From NCBI GenBank assembly GCA_964343575.1, contig CAYFJV010000001.1:410705-474704 (forward strand): a stretch of 64,000 nucleotides of DNA, given 5' to 3'. This DNA comes from an uncultured Methanosarcinales archaeon (GTDB lineage Archaea; Nanobdellota; Nanobdellia; Woesearchaeales; GW2011-AR9). Positions 1-9,204 of this stretch are shown here, in pieces (position 1 is the first letter of the stretch; each line of letters begins with the position of its first letter). Below the pieces are notes generated by a model. The model had not been told where the DNA came from and did not search any database. It saw only the letters and a program-made list of their open reading frames with translations. Both the position numbers and the translations under genes were made by a program.

Positions 1-31
1 ATTTTAATTAAGGAGTTTTAGAGGGGTTATT

Positions 32-664
32 ATGGAAAATACTATGTTGAAGACTGGAACAACAACTTTAGGTATCGTTTGTAAAGATGGAGTGGTACTT
101 GCAGCTGATCGGCGTGCTACTGCCGGACATATGATTGTTGACAAGCGAGCTGAAAAATTACACATCATTAATGATAATGTAGCAGTAACTATTGCCGGTT
201 CTGTTTCTGAAGCGCAGTTGTTAATTAAGTTGATCAGGGCGGAGTTGAAATTAAAAGAAGTACGAACCAACAAAGTTCCTAACATCAAAGAATCCGCAAA
301 CCTACTTGGTGGACTCCTTTACAGTACCCTTCGACGCATGTCTATGTTCCCTGCTGTTGCCCACTTTTTGATGGGTGGAAAGGATGCAGACGGCGTGCAC
401 CTTTACGACCTCTTCCCAGATGGGAGTGTTACTCGGATTACGGATTATGTAAGTAGCGGATCTGGAAGCGTTTTTGCATATGGTGTTTTAGAGAGCCACT
501 GGAGGCCGGACATGAGTGTTGCAGAAGGTCAAAAACTTGCGCTTAAGGCGGTAAATGCGGCGCTTCAACGGGACAGTGCCTCTGGAAACGGTATCGAAAT
601 TGCGGTGATCAGCTCAGCAAAAGTAGAGAAAGTTTTAAAAAAGGAGCTCACTTATAGTCTTTAA
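32..664 (+). CDS. psmB: Proteasome beta subunit
   Basis: Short propeptide ending KTG followed by catalytic TTTLG; LAADRRAT, GSGS and RDSASG motifs. Confidence 0.97.
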   Translation: MENTMLKTGTTTLGIVCKDGVVLAADRRATAGHMIVDKRAEKLHIINDNVAVTIAGSVSEAQLLIKLIRAELKLKEVRTNKVPNIKESANLLGGLLYSTLRRMSMFPAVAHFLMGGKDADGVHLYDLFPDGSVTRITDYVSSGSGSVFAYGVLESHWRPDMSVAEGQKLALKAVNAALQRDSASGNGIEIAVISSAKVEKVLKKELTYSL

Positions 665-809
665 GTTCCTTCTAAAGGATTTTATTTATTCACTTTTTAT
701 TGGAGCAAGGATGCTTTGTTTTCCTGCTTCTTTAACTCTTAAAACTTTAAAACAATTTAGAGAACAACAAATGATAGGAATTCTTTTCCTCAGATAAGAG
801 GTTTGTACT

Positions 810-2699
810 ATGGCAGATATTCTCAAAGAGATGGTTAAAAAGCTCCCGGCGGGCAAAATTTCTGAAGCAACTTATGAAGCTGCTAACATCGTTTTATACA
901 CTAAAGACAAGGAGTTCTTTTTGGACAACAAGGGAACAGTTCGAGAATTGGTAAAAGAGTTCAAAAAGCGTGTTGAACTCCGTCCAGACCCAAGCCTTTG
1001 CTTACCAGAAGAAAAAGCACAGATACTCATAAAAAAAATCATTCCAAAAGAAGCAGGTGTGCAAGATCTTATTTTTGATCCTCCACGAAGCCAGGTCATC
1101 ATTCACGCAGACAAACCAGGACTTATCATTGGTAAAAAAGGAGAAGTGCTTCGTGAACTTAAGAAACAAACTATGTGGGTTCCACTTGTGAAAAGAGATC
1201 CCCCAATTCGTTCTAAACTTATCGAGAGTATTCGTTCTGTTCTTTACGAAAACGCAACCTATCGAAAGAAGTTCCTAGCAAAAACGGGACATCGAGTTTA
1301 TGATGGATGGTTGCGTGCTAAAAAGCATGAGTGGGTACGTTTAAGTTTTCTGGGAGCTGCGCGTCAAGTTGGACGTTCTTGTCTCTTACTTCAGACGCCA
1401 GAGTCTCGTATCTTAATGGACTGTGGTATTGATCCAAGCCAGGACGGTCCGGAGTCTTATCCTTTCTTAGATGCCCCAGAGTTTAACATCAGTGAAATTG
1501 ATGCGGTAATTTTGAGTCATAGTCATCTTGACCATAGCGGACTTATTCCTTATCTTTTCAAGTATGGTTACAAAGGTCCAGTCTATTGTACTGCGCCAAC
1601 TCGTGACGTAAGTGCCTTACTTCAGCTTGACATGGCCAAGATCCAACGTAACGAAGGAAAAGACCCGATTTATACTAGTGAAGATGTAAAGAATTTTGTT
1701 TTACACACTATCTGTGTTGATTGGGATACCGTAACTGATATCACCCCAGATGTACGACTTACTTTTTACAATAGCGGACACATTTTAGGAAGTAGCATAA
1801 CTCATTTGAACATTGGTAATGGTTTACACAACCTTGTCTACACAGCAGATATGAAGTATGCTCGAACTAATGTTTTGGAAGCGGCTCACACCCAATTTCC
1901 TCGAGTAGAGACTGTGATCATTGAGTCAACTTATGGTGGAAAGAGTAATGTTATGGCTGAGCAAGAAGCTGATGAGTACATGATCAAAGTAGTGAAGGAG
2001 ACTTTTGCTCGAGGAGGAAAGGCCCTTATGCCTGTACTAGGTTCTGGTCGAGCACAAGAAGTGATGATCATTTGTGAAAAACTCATGCGCGAAGGTAAGA
2101 TTCCAAAAGCACCAGTCTACGTTGATGGTATGCTTTGGGACATTACAGCAATTCACACTGCTTATCCAGAATTTTTGAACCGTAACATTAGAAATCAAAT
2201 CTTTAAGAAAGAAAACAATCCATTCTTGTCTGAGATCTTTAAGCGAGTTGGTTCTCAAAAGGAAAGAAAAGAAATTATGCTTAAAGAAGGTCCTTGTTTA
2301 ATCTTAGCAACCTCTGGAATGCTCACAGGTGGCCCTTCCGTTGAATACTTGAAGAACCTTTGTGAGGATAAACGGCACAGTTTAATCTTTAGTTGTTATC
2401 AGCCAAAAGGGAGTTTAGGTCATCGTGTCCGTGAAGGGGAGAAGGAAATCCAATTTAAAGAAGGCAACAAAATGCAAAGTATGAAGATTAACATGCAAGT
2501 ACATAAAGTGGAGATTACTAACCACTCCGATAGAAAGCAGCTTGTTAATTACATTAGACGTTGTAATCCGCAACCACGCAGAGTGATTGTACAACATGGG
2601 GAAGCAAGCCGTTGTTTGGATTTGGCAAGTTCACTTCATAAACGCTTTAAAGTGGAGACCATTGCTCCAAAGAACTTGGAGACTATTAGGATCCGCTAA
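810..2699 (+). CDS. fttA: Archaeal beta-CASP ribonuclease aCPSF1 / termination factor FttA
   Basis: N-terminal KH domains (PGLIIGKKG), metallo-beta-lactamase HSHLDH, GHILGS, ESTYGG, HGE; adjacent to psmB as in many archaea. Confidence 0.95.
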   Translation: MADILKEMVKKLPAGKISEATYEAANIVLYTKDKEFFLDNKGTVRELVKEFKKRVELRPDPSLCLPEEKAQILIKKIIPKEAGVQDLIFDPPRSQVIIHADKPGLIIGKKGEVLRELKKQTMWVPLVKRDPPIRSKLIESIRSVLYENATYRKKFLAKTGHRVYDGWLRAKKHEWVRLSFLGAARQVGRSCLLLQTPESRILMDCGIDPSQDGPESYPFLDAPEFNISEIDAVILSHSHLDHSGLIPYLFKYGYKGPVYCTAPTRDVSALLQLDMAKIQRNEGKDPIYTSEDVKNFVLHTICVDWDTVTDITPDVRLTFYNSGHILGSSITHLNIGNGLHNLVYTADMKYARTNVLEAAHTQFPRVETVIIESTYGGKSNVMAEQEADEYMIKVVKETFARGGKALMPVLGSGRAQEVMIICEKLMREGKIPKAPVYVDGMLWDITAIHTAYPEFLNRNIRNQIFKKENNPFLSEIFKRVGSQKERKEIMLKEGPCLILATSGMLTGGPSVEYLKNLCEDKRHSLIFSCYQPKGSLGHRVREGEKEIQFKEGNKMQSMKINMQVHKVEITNHSDRKQLVNYIRRCNPQPRRVIVQHGEASRCLDLASSLHKRFKVETIAPKNLETIRIR

Positions 2700-2771
2700 G
2701 ACTTATTCCTTTCTTAATTTTCTTTTAGCTAAAAATTTATAAAACGCCCAAGGCTCTTCCAGTTCACTCAT

Positions 2772-2896
2772 GCCAACGTCGCATAATCTGGTATTGCGCT
2801 GGTCTTGAAACTTTGTTTTTGGGCGAAGGTTCAAAAGCTTTGCTTTGGAGAACCAGTTTCCGCAAGGATATCCCGGTTCAAATCCGGGCGTTGGCG
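2772..2896 (+). tRNA. tRNA-Ser (TGA most parsimonious) with ~41-nt anticodon-loop intron (2810-2850)
   Basis: Acceptor GCCAACG/CGTTGGC with G73, anticodon stem CTGGT/ACCAG, long variable arm TCC-GCAA-GGA, T arm CCCGG-TTCAAAT-CCGGG. Confidence 0.9.
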
Positions 2897-3093
2897 CTTA
2901 TTTCTTGTATGGGATGAATTCATCTCCACATTGGAGAAATTATACTAAAAATTTTGTCTGTTTCTTCTTTATTTTATTGTCTAACAAACTTTTTCTGCCA
3001 ATAACAACCACTTATGTTCTCTAGTTTGGCTGAAATTTGACGCTTTTGACAAAAAGGTTTATAAATCTTGAAAAAACCGACTTTTTGAAAACT

Positions 3094-4086
3094 ATGAATC
3101 AAAGCCAAAAAAAAGTATTCCTCGCACTTAATCGTTATCCAAACGCGACTGACAGGGAGCTTGCAGAAGTCCTTAGAATGAAGCGGGCAACAGTCACTGT
3201 CGCTCGGAACTACCTGAAGAAAGGAGGATTTTTTAGAAACGAGCTTTTTATCGACTATAAAAAATTAGGAGTTGGAGTGATTGGCTTAAAATTTGGAGAC
3301 TATGGAAAATTCACTTCCATCCCATTCCAAAAAAGAAAGGAATTTCTCTCTCAAGGAATCACTACGCCAGAAACAGTTTTCTCTTTCTCCTCTGAGCTTA
3401 AGGGCTTTAGCATGCTTTTCTCAGAAAATCTTTGTGCGATCAAGGAGAAAATTGATCTTTGGAATAATCTCATTCATGGCATTGATCGCCATACACACAT
3501 CAAAGATGTCTACCTTCCAACCGGAATGATTTACTCTTACAAGTTGATGCAAACACAAGAGCTTCTTGCCCATACACTTGAACTAGAAGTACTTAAAGAA
3601 ACTAAAAAGGTGAAAAGAAGAAGCAAATTTACTGCAAAAGATAAAATGGTCTTGCTCGCTTGGTTTGAACACCCTGACAAAACTAATGAAAAACTCTCAG
3701 AAATAATCCCGGTATCAAGAGCAACAATCGGAACTATCAAGAGAAGGCTTTTGGATTCTGGCTTGGTGAAAGTATTGCAAGTCCCTAGTTGGGAGAAACT
3801 TGGATTCAAGATGTTGGTATTAACCTACCTTCGACCACGAGTTGGGGAAGAGAAAGTCATTGATATACTTAAAGAGAAGAAGGAGATTATTTTTTTAGTA
3901 GGAAGCAAATATGAAGTGCTCTTTGCCTCTCTTTTCAGGGATTTTTCAGATTATCATGACAAACATGAACTATTCATGGAGAAGAATAAAAAGGATTTTG
4001 TGGAACAGACAGAAGAATTGATTTTTCCTTTGAATGATACAAAAACAGTTATTAACACATTACCTTTCCTGAAGAAAAAATTTTGA
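3094..4086 (+). CDS. Tandem winged-HTH (Lrp/AsnC-like) regulator, paralog 1
   Basis: Two internal repeats, each HTH (TDRELAEVLRMKRATV; TNEKLSEIIPVSRATI) followed by a YKKLG/WEKLG linker; ATG 3094 lies about 30 nt after TTTATAAA. Confidence 0.7.
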   Translation: MNQSQKKVFLALNRYPNATDRELAEVLRMKRATVTVARNYLKKGGFFRNELFIDYKKLGVGVIGLKFGDYGKFTSIPFQKRKEFLSQGITTPETVFSFSSELKGFSMLFSENLCAIKEKIDLWNNLIHGIDRHTHIKDVYLPTGMIYSYKLMQTQELLAHTLELEVLKETKKVKRRSKFTAKDKMVLLAWFEHPDKTNEKLSEIIPVSRATIGTIKRRLLDSGLVKVLQVPSWEKLGFKMLVLTYLRPRVGEEKVIDILKEKKEIIFLVGSKYEVLFASLFRDFSDYHDKHELFMEKNKKDFVEQTEELIFPLNDTKTVINTLPFLKKKF

Positions 4087-4104
4087 TGAAGAGTTAAATC
4101 TTGT

Positions 4105-4375
4105 AAAAAAAGAGGTGTAAAATATGGTAAACCATGTGGAAACAAATCCAAGTGTTCTGCAAAGAATGTATGTGAAAGGAAATAAAGTGATTACTGAGAC
4201 TATCTTCAGAGATAGCCGGAGTTTGACTTATTTCGAAAGAGATCTTCTTGAGATCGAAAAAAGGTATGGTGTGAAGCTGAAAAAAGGTAAGAAAAGGACA
4301 ACAAAAAGAAAAACAGCTAAACGCAAAACTACTAGAAGAAAATAAGTTCTTTCATTGTTTTTATTTTTCTTTTAC
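4105..4375 (+). repeat. Direct repeat copy 1 (small gene with RBS and U-rich 3' flank), near-identical to 5598-5875
   Basis: Direct nucleotide comparison; only scattered substitutions. Confidence 0.9.
4124..4345 (+). CDS. Small protein with Lys/Arg-rich tail, copy 1
   Basis: GAGGTG RBS, U-rich terminator-like flank; differences from copy 2 in the core are mostly synonymous. Confidence 0.8.
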   Translation: MVNHVETNPSVLQRMYVKGNKVITETIFRDSRSLTYFERDLLEIEKRYGVKLKKGKKRTTKRKTAKRKTTRRK

Positions 4376-4504
4376 TCAATTTTTGTGGGTCTCTTCTTGT
4401 TTCCATTTTTTCTTGGAGGGTCCAATAGAAAAAAGCCATTGCTAAGTCATTGAGAGCCAAGATTAACAAAAAGTATATAAAGGTAAAGAAAACCTTACAA
4501 AACT

Positions 4505-5551
4505 ATGCAGCTGAGTAATACTCAAAAGAAGGTTCTCTGTGCAATTAATGCCTATCCCAGTTATAGTGATAAGCAGCTTGCTGACGTTCTTAAAATGAAG
4601 CGTGCGACAGTGACTGTTGCTCGGCATTACCTTCAAAAAAACGAGTTTTACGAGACTGTTCTCTTCCCAAACTACAAGAAGATTGGGATTAATCTTCTTG
4701 CTTTCAAATATGGAGATTATGGAAAGTTTAAATCTATTGCCTACCAGCAAAGAATGAAGCACCTTTCCCCAAAACTACGTATTGAAGAGACTGTCTTCTC
4801 CCTTTCTAGTGAGTTAAAAGGTTGTAGTATGTTTTTTTCTCCAAATCTTTTTGCTATCAAAGAAAAAATCGATGCGTGGAACACCACTTTTGAGGAGATG
4901 GATGAGCACGTTCGCATTCATGACGTCTACATCCCAAGTCAGATGGTAAGTTCTTTTAAGTTTATGGACTCGCAAGCTTATCTTACAGATCTTCTTGGAG
5001 TTGATGTACCTTTAACAAAAGCAAAGGAGAAGAAAAAACTCAAATTGAGTAACAAAGAGAAGGCGGTGCTTCTTGCTTGGTTGCGTCATCCAAATGCTAC
5101 CAACGAAGAACTTTCCAAAAAAATTTCAGTCTCTAGAGCTATCATTGGAGCTATCAAAAAAAGACTTCTTGATTCTGGGTTTGTGCAGTTGATCCAACTA
5201 CCCGATTGGAAAAAACTTGGTCCAAGCATTGGAGTTATGACTTATCTTCGCCTTAACGGCAAAGCAAAAAAACTCCTTGATGATCTTGTAAGCAGGAAAG
5301 AAGTTTTGTTTTTGATCAGTTCGGATTATGAGGCAATATTTTTCTCTCTCTTCGAAAATTATGTTAACTATCAACAAGAGCAAGGAAAGGTATTGGAAGA
5401 TTTCAAGAATAAAAGAATAATTATCAAAAAACCAGAAGAGTTGGTCTTTCCAATTCAAGAAACAAAGGTTGTTCTTAACTCTTTGCCACTTGTCGAAAAG
5501 CTTTTCCCAGAAAAAAGTGGTAAAAAGAAGACAAGCAAGGTGAAGAAATAA
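4505..5551 (+). CDS. Tandem winged-HTH (Lrp/AsnC-like) regulator, paralog 2
   Basis: Full-length paralog of 3094-4086 (MKRATVTVAR, GDYGKF, SSELKG, IKEKID.WN shared). Confidence 0.7.
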   Translation: MQLSNTQKKVLCAINAYPSYSDKQLADVLKMKRATVTVARHYLQKNEFYETVLFPNYKKIGINLLAFKYGDYGKFKSIAYQQRMKHLSPKLRIEETVFSLSSELKGCSMFFSPNLFAIKEKIDAWNTTFEEMDEHVRIHDVYIPSQMVSSFKFMDSQAYLTDLLGVDVPLTKAKEKKKLKLSNKEKAVLLAWLRHPNATNEELSKKISVSRAIIGAIKKRLLDSGFVQLIQLPDWKKLGPSIGVMTYLRLNGKAKKLLDDLVSRKEVLFLISSDYEAIFFSLFENYVNYQQEQGKVLEDFKNKRIIIKKPEELVFPIQETKVVLNSLPLVEKLFPEKSGKKKTSKVKK

Positions 5552-5597
5552 TAATTGAAAGCTGGGAAGGGGGGCATTTACTCCTTCAAAAAAGAGG

Positions 5598-5875
5598 AAA
5601 AAAAGAGGTGTAAAGTATGGGGAACCATGTGGAAACAAATCCAAGTGTTCTACAAAGGATGTACGTAAAAGGAAATAAGGTGATTACTGAGACTATCTTT
5701 AGAGATAGCCGGAGTTTGACTTATTTCGAAAGAGATCTCCTTGAGATCGAAAAAAGGTATGGTGTGAAGCTGAAAAAAAGTAAGAAGAAAACAACAAAAA
5801 GAAAAACAGCTAAACGCAAAACTACCAAGAGAAGAAGATAATTAGCTTCTTTTCATTGTTTTTATTTTTCTTTTA
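5598..5875 (+). repeat. Direct repeat copy 2 of 4105-4375
   Basis: Direct nucleotide comparison. Confidence 0.9.
5617..5841 (+). CDS. Small protein with Lys/Arg-rich tail, copy 2
   Basis: Near-identical to 4124-4345; GAGGTG RBS. Confidence 0.8.
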   Translation: MGNHVETNPSVLQRMYVKGNKVITETIFRDSRSLTYFERDLLEIEKRYGVKLKKSKKKTTKRKTAKRKTTKRRR

Positions 5876-5940
5876 TTCTCATTCTTGTTATTCTCTTCTT
5901 GAACCAGCCATGTCAAGAGGTAGAAGAGAAGTTTACAAAT

Positions 5941-6237
5941 TCAAGAAAGCAAATCGATAACCCGAACGTTCTTTTCTTCAAGGTAATCTTTCTTACCACA
6001 ATAGGGACAGACTGCTCGAGAAGAGCGAAAACTATACTTGCACAGGCCACAGAAAAGTTCTCTTTTTTCCTTTGGTTTAGAAGAAAGCTCTAAAGTGCCA
6101 AGTTCCTTTGCAGAACGAAAACAATTGTAGCACTCAAACTTTTTCTCACGTTCTAAAGGGTTGAGCAAGCGAGATCTTGATTTTTCTACAAGCTCACTGC
6201 AAGTGCAACAAGTGATTTTTTCTTTTAGGACCGGCAT
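5941..6237 (-). CDS. Double zinc-ribbon protein
   Basis: CxxC pairs (CCTC, CYNC, CGLC, CPYC). Confidence 0.65.
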   Translation of the reverse strand: MPVLKEKITCCTCSELVEKSRSRLLNPLEREKKFECYNCFRSAKELGTLELSSKPKEKRELFCGLCKYSFRSSRAVCPYCGKKDYLEEKNVRVIDLLS

Positions 6238-6419
6238 GGGCTTTTTTTGGAAAAACTGCTATTTAAAGACTTCTTCACTCTAGCGCACAAGTAACAAAAA
6301 ATTTCCAGTTCAATTCACAAAGAAAGCAAGGCTTTCTGGAAAAATTTTTTGTAACGAAGATGGCGGGCAGATGATTGTTCTGGGCTAGTTTTATAAAGCA
6401 GATCCCCCTTATTTTCTTC

Positions 6420-7709
6420 ATGGCAGAGCAGTGGAGAACCCGGGTTCTTAAGGAGATAAAGCCTAGTGCTTCTGAGCAGAAAGACTTCCTTAAACTAAGT
6501 AACTCTTTTCTTGATCGATTAAACAAAGAGCTGGCTAGTATTGGAGCTAAAGCGATTCTGGGAGGAAGCGCAGCTAAAGATACTTGGTTAAAAGAGAGTA
6601 AGGACATAGATGTCTTCGTGCAGTTTCCTTTGAGAGGGAAAATTTCCTCTAAGGGGCTTTCTGATGCTTTAGAAAAAGTGTTAAGAAAGGTCATGGGCAA
6701 GAAGGCTGGAAAAAGCTTAGAGCGATTACATGGAAGTAGAGATTACTTTCAAGTTGAATTTGAAAAGCACTTGTTTGAAATCGTTCCAATCTTAGAGATA
6801 AAGAGTGCAGAAGAGGCGAAGAATATTACTGATATCTCTCCTTTGCACGCGGTTTGGGTGAATGAGGTCGGTGCAAAACTTAAAGATGATATTCGTCTTG
6901 CCAAACAGTTTTGTCGAGCGAACAAGTTATACGGTGCAGAATCTTACATTGGAGGATTCTCCGGTTACATGCTTGAAATCCTTGTACTTCATTACGGATC
7001 TTTTCTTGGGCTCTTGGAGGGAGCTAGTAAATGGAAAGCAGGAGGACAGGTAGTAATCGATACTGCAAAGTTGCATAAAAGTAAGGCAATGGCGCTTTTT
7101 AACATTGACAATGCAAAGTTACAAGGGCCTCTTGTTTTGGTTGACCCCGTCGATAAACATCGTAATGCTGCCGCAGCACTCTCTGTGTTGCGTTTTGATC
7201 TTTTCCGTAAGAGAGCAAAGGAGTTTTTGAGAAAGCCAGGGAAGGAATTTTTTATTTTAGAAAAGCTTAAGATTGAAAAACTGGCCTTGGCCTGCTCTTC
7301 TCAGAAGAAACTTGCTTATGTTGAGTTTAATGGGCTGGAAGGAAAGCGTGATGTGGTTGGAGCTAAGCTTTTGAAAATTTTTGGTTTTCTCTCCAAAGAA
7401 TTAGATGCATTTGGTCTTCTTGGAGCAGACTGGCAGTGGTCTTCGGGAGAAAAAGCAAAGATGTATTTCTATCTTAAATCTGCTCGGATTCCCGATAGAA
7501 AGACTATTGCTGGACCACCTGTTGAGCTAGTTGAACATGCACAAGGGTTTCGTAAAAAACACGGTTCAAAGGTTTTTGAGAAGAAAGGAAAGCTTTTTGC
7601 CAAGGTGAGAAATCGCTACCCAGCTTACGAAGACTTCTTTGAAGCTTTGCTTGAGAGAAAGTATGTTCTTGAAAAAGTGAAAAGTGTTGAGAAAGTCATT
7701 TTTGCATAG
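6420..7709 (+). CDS. cca: Class I (archaeal) CCA-adding enzyme
   Basis: GGSAAKDTWL..DIDVF, GAESYIGGFSGY, DPVD..RNAAAALS, GPP motifs; start moved to ATG after TTTATAAA. Confidence 0.95.
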   Translation: MAEQWRTRVLKEIKPSASEQKDFLKLSNSFLDRLNKELASIGAKAILGGSAAKDTWLKESKDIDVFVQFPLRGKISSKGLSDALEKVLRKVMGKKAGKSLERLHGSRDYFQVEFEKHLFEIVPILEIKSAEEAKNITDISPLHAVWVNEVGAKLKDDIRLAKQFCRANKLYGAESYIGGFSGYMLEILVLHYGSFLGLLEGASKWKAGGQVVIDTAKLHKSKAMALFNIDNAKLQGPLVLVDPVDKHRNAAAALSVLRFDLFRKRAKEFLRKPGKEFFILEKLKIEKLALACSSQKKLAYVEFNGLEGKRDVVGAKLLKIFGFLSKELDAFGLLGADWQWSSGEKAKMYFYLKSARIPDRKTIAGPPVELVEHAQGFRKKHGSKVFEKKGKLFAKVRNRYPAYEDFFEALLERKYVLEKVKSVEKVIFA

Positions 7710-7770
7710 TTTTCCACATAGCTATAGTAAAAACTAAAACTATAAATAGGAGAATTCTGTTTTTAAAGGC

Positions 7771-8172
7771 ATGATTTCTCAGAAGATTCAAGCAGAGTGT
7801 CCTAAGTGTGGTGGTAGGGTTGCTGCAGATAGTTTTGTTCTGGACTACCTTGAGCGTAAGATGGTTTGTCCTGGTTGCTTCAAAAAGGCGCGTAAACCAA
7901 GCTTAAAAGAGAGTACTGAGAAACAAAAAGAAGTTGTCAAGAAACAGAAGCCGCCAGGATGGGATAAGGAAGATGAATTACTTGAGCAGTTAGTTCGAGC
8001 GCGCAAAGATAAGCTTTCTGGAAGCATTCAAAGAGTTCCTGGCAAAGATTATGTTAAGTATACTTGCCCCTGTAGTTTTACTTTTCGCTATTTTCCTGTG
8101 CACAAAAAACCACGCACCTGCCCTTACTGTAACAGAGAGAATCCTCGTATTAAACAATCAGTGTTACGTTAA
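7771..8172 (+). CDS. Double zinc-ribbon protein
   Basis: CPKC, CPGC, CPC, CPYC; same layout as 5941-6237. Confidence 0.7.
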   Translation: MISQKIQAECPKCGGRVAADSFVLDYLERKMVCPGCFKKARKPSLKESTEKQKEVVKKQKPPGWDKEDELLEQLVRARKDKLSGSIQRVPGKDYVKYTCPCSFTFRYFPVHKKPRTCPYCNRENPRIKQSVLR

Positions 8173-8199
8173 GAATTTACTTTGGAGCAGGTTTACAGT

Positions 8200-8322
8200 T
8201 TACTCTATTATTCTAGTCTTATTTCGATGTTTTTTGAGATAACGATCGTAAACAAAAAGAAGCGCAATACAAAGTGTGTAGACCAATACGATGAGCTGCA
8301 CGTAGAGGTTGACGTTATCCAT
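8200..8322 (-). CDS. Putative 40-aa single-TM protein (MDNVNLYVQLIVLVYTLCIALLFVYDRYLKKHRNKTRIIE)
   Basis: Translated by hand; hydrophobic stretch plus basic tail; TATA-like element near 8345. Confidence 0.45.
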   Translation of the reverse strand: MDNVNLYVQLIVLVYTLCIALLFVYDRYLKKHRNKTRIIE

Positions 8323-8377
8323 CCCCGGAAGGAGGCTTTTTTCCTTTTTAAATGTATTCTTAACTCCACCCCCTTTT

Positions 8378-8560
8378 GTGGCGCGCTTGCCTAATTGCAG
8401 GAGGAATCAGAACAAAGAAGTGATCCTCTTGGGAGCTCTTTTCTCAACAAGAGAAAAGGGAATAGCGGACAAGGGCACAAAGAAATAGCTCTCTATTTCT
8501 TGTGCACAAAAAATGTTCCATTTTTTTGTGTTTTTCCGGCCCCAGCCCGGCAAGCGCCAC
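8378..8560. ncRNA. Unknown structured element, copy A
   Basis: Terminal pairing GTGGCGCGCTTGCC/GGCAAGCGCCAC, internal hairpins, homologous to the reverse complement of 10931-11058. Confidence 0.65.
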
Positions 8561-8610
8561 AAGAAGACAAATACAGAAAATATTTAAGCAATAGAAAAGG
8601 TTTTTGAGCC

Positions 8611-8940
8611 GTGAAATTTGAAAGTAAAGAAGTTCCTGGTAAAGGAGTTCGCTTAAGCTTGCAAGAAGAGGGCAAAGAAATTGGTCGGGCCTATTTGTAT
8701 GTCTTGCATAATGACCTACATAAAGAACCTTTTGGCTTACTTGAAGATGTTTTCGTCTCCGAAACCTTTCGCGGAAAGGGATATGGAGAGAAACTAGTGA
8801 GAAAAGCGGTTGAAGAAGCCAAGCGTCTTGATTGTTATAAGTTGGTCTTTACCAATCGCTATGGGAATAAAAAAATTCATGCCTGGTATAAAAGAATGGG
8901 TTTTAGAGATACTTCTAAAGGATTTAGAATGGATTTGTGA
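8611..8940 (+). CDS. GNAT acetyltransferase
   Basis: LEDVFVSETFRGKGYG motif A; WYKRMGF. Confidence 0.9.
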   Translation: MKFESKEVPGKGVRLSLQEEGKEIGRAYLYVLHNDLHKEPFGLLEDVFVSETFRGKGYGEKLVRKAVEEAKRLDCYKLVFTNRYGNKKIHAWYKRMGFRDTSKGFRMDL

Positions 8941-8951
8941 GAGGTAAAGAA

Positions 8952-9033
8952 GAAAGAGTGCCCCTACAAGATCTGCAACCAAACTTTTTAGAGAAAAGTT
9001 TGATCAAAAACACAAGGGAAAGAGTGCCCCTAC
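8952..9033 (-). mobile_element. Hairpin cassette (8968-9017) flanked by a 16-bp duplication of the tRNA-Arg 3' end
   Basis: GAAAGAGTGCCCCTAC at 8952-8967 and 9018-9033; core CAAACTTTT..AAAAGTTTG. Confidence 0.6.
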
Positions 9034-9136
9034 CCGGATTTGAACCGGGGTTTCAAGCTCTTTGCATAGCAAAGCTCACAAAGCTTGCTTTATCTTACCG
9101 CAAGCTTGCGTCATATCCAAGCTAAACCATAGGGGC
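9025..9136 (-). tRNA. tRNA-Arg(GCG) with 38-nt 37/38 intron (9060-9097)
   Basis: Acceptor GCCCCTA/TAGGGGC, stem CAAGC/GCTTG, BHB central helix TTGC/GCAA, T loop TTCAAAT. Confidence 0.93.
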
Positions 9137-9204
9137 AAAGCTGCTCTTGTGGATTTCTGCTGCTTTATTAAGTTAACCACTAGAAATTGGGAAGAGGACC
9201 AATT

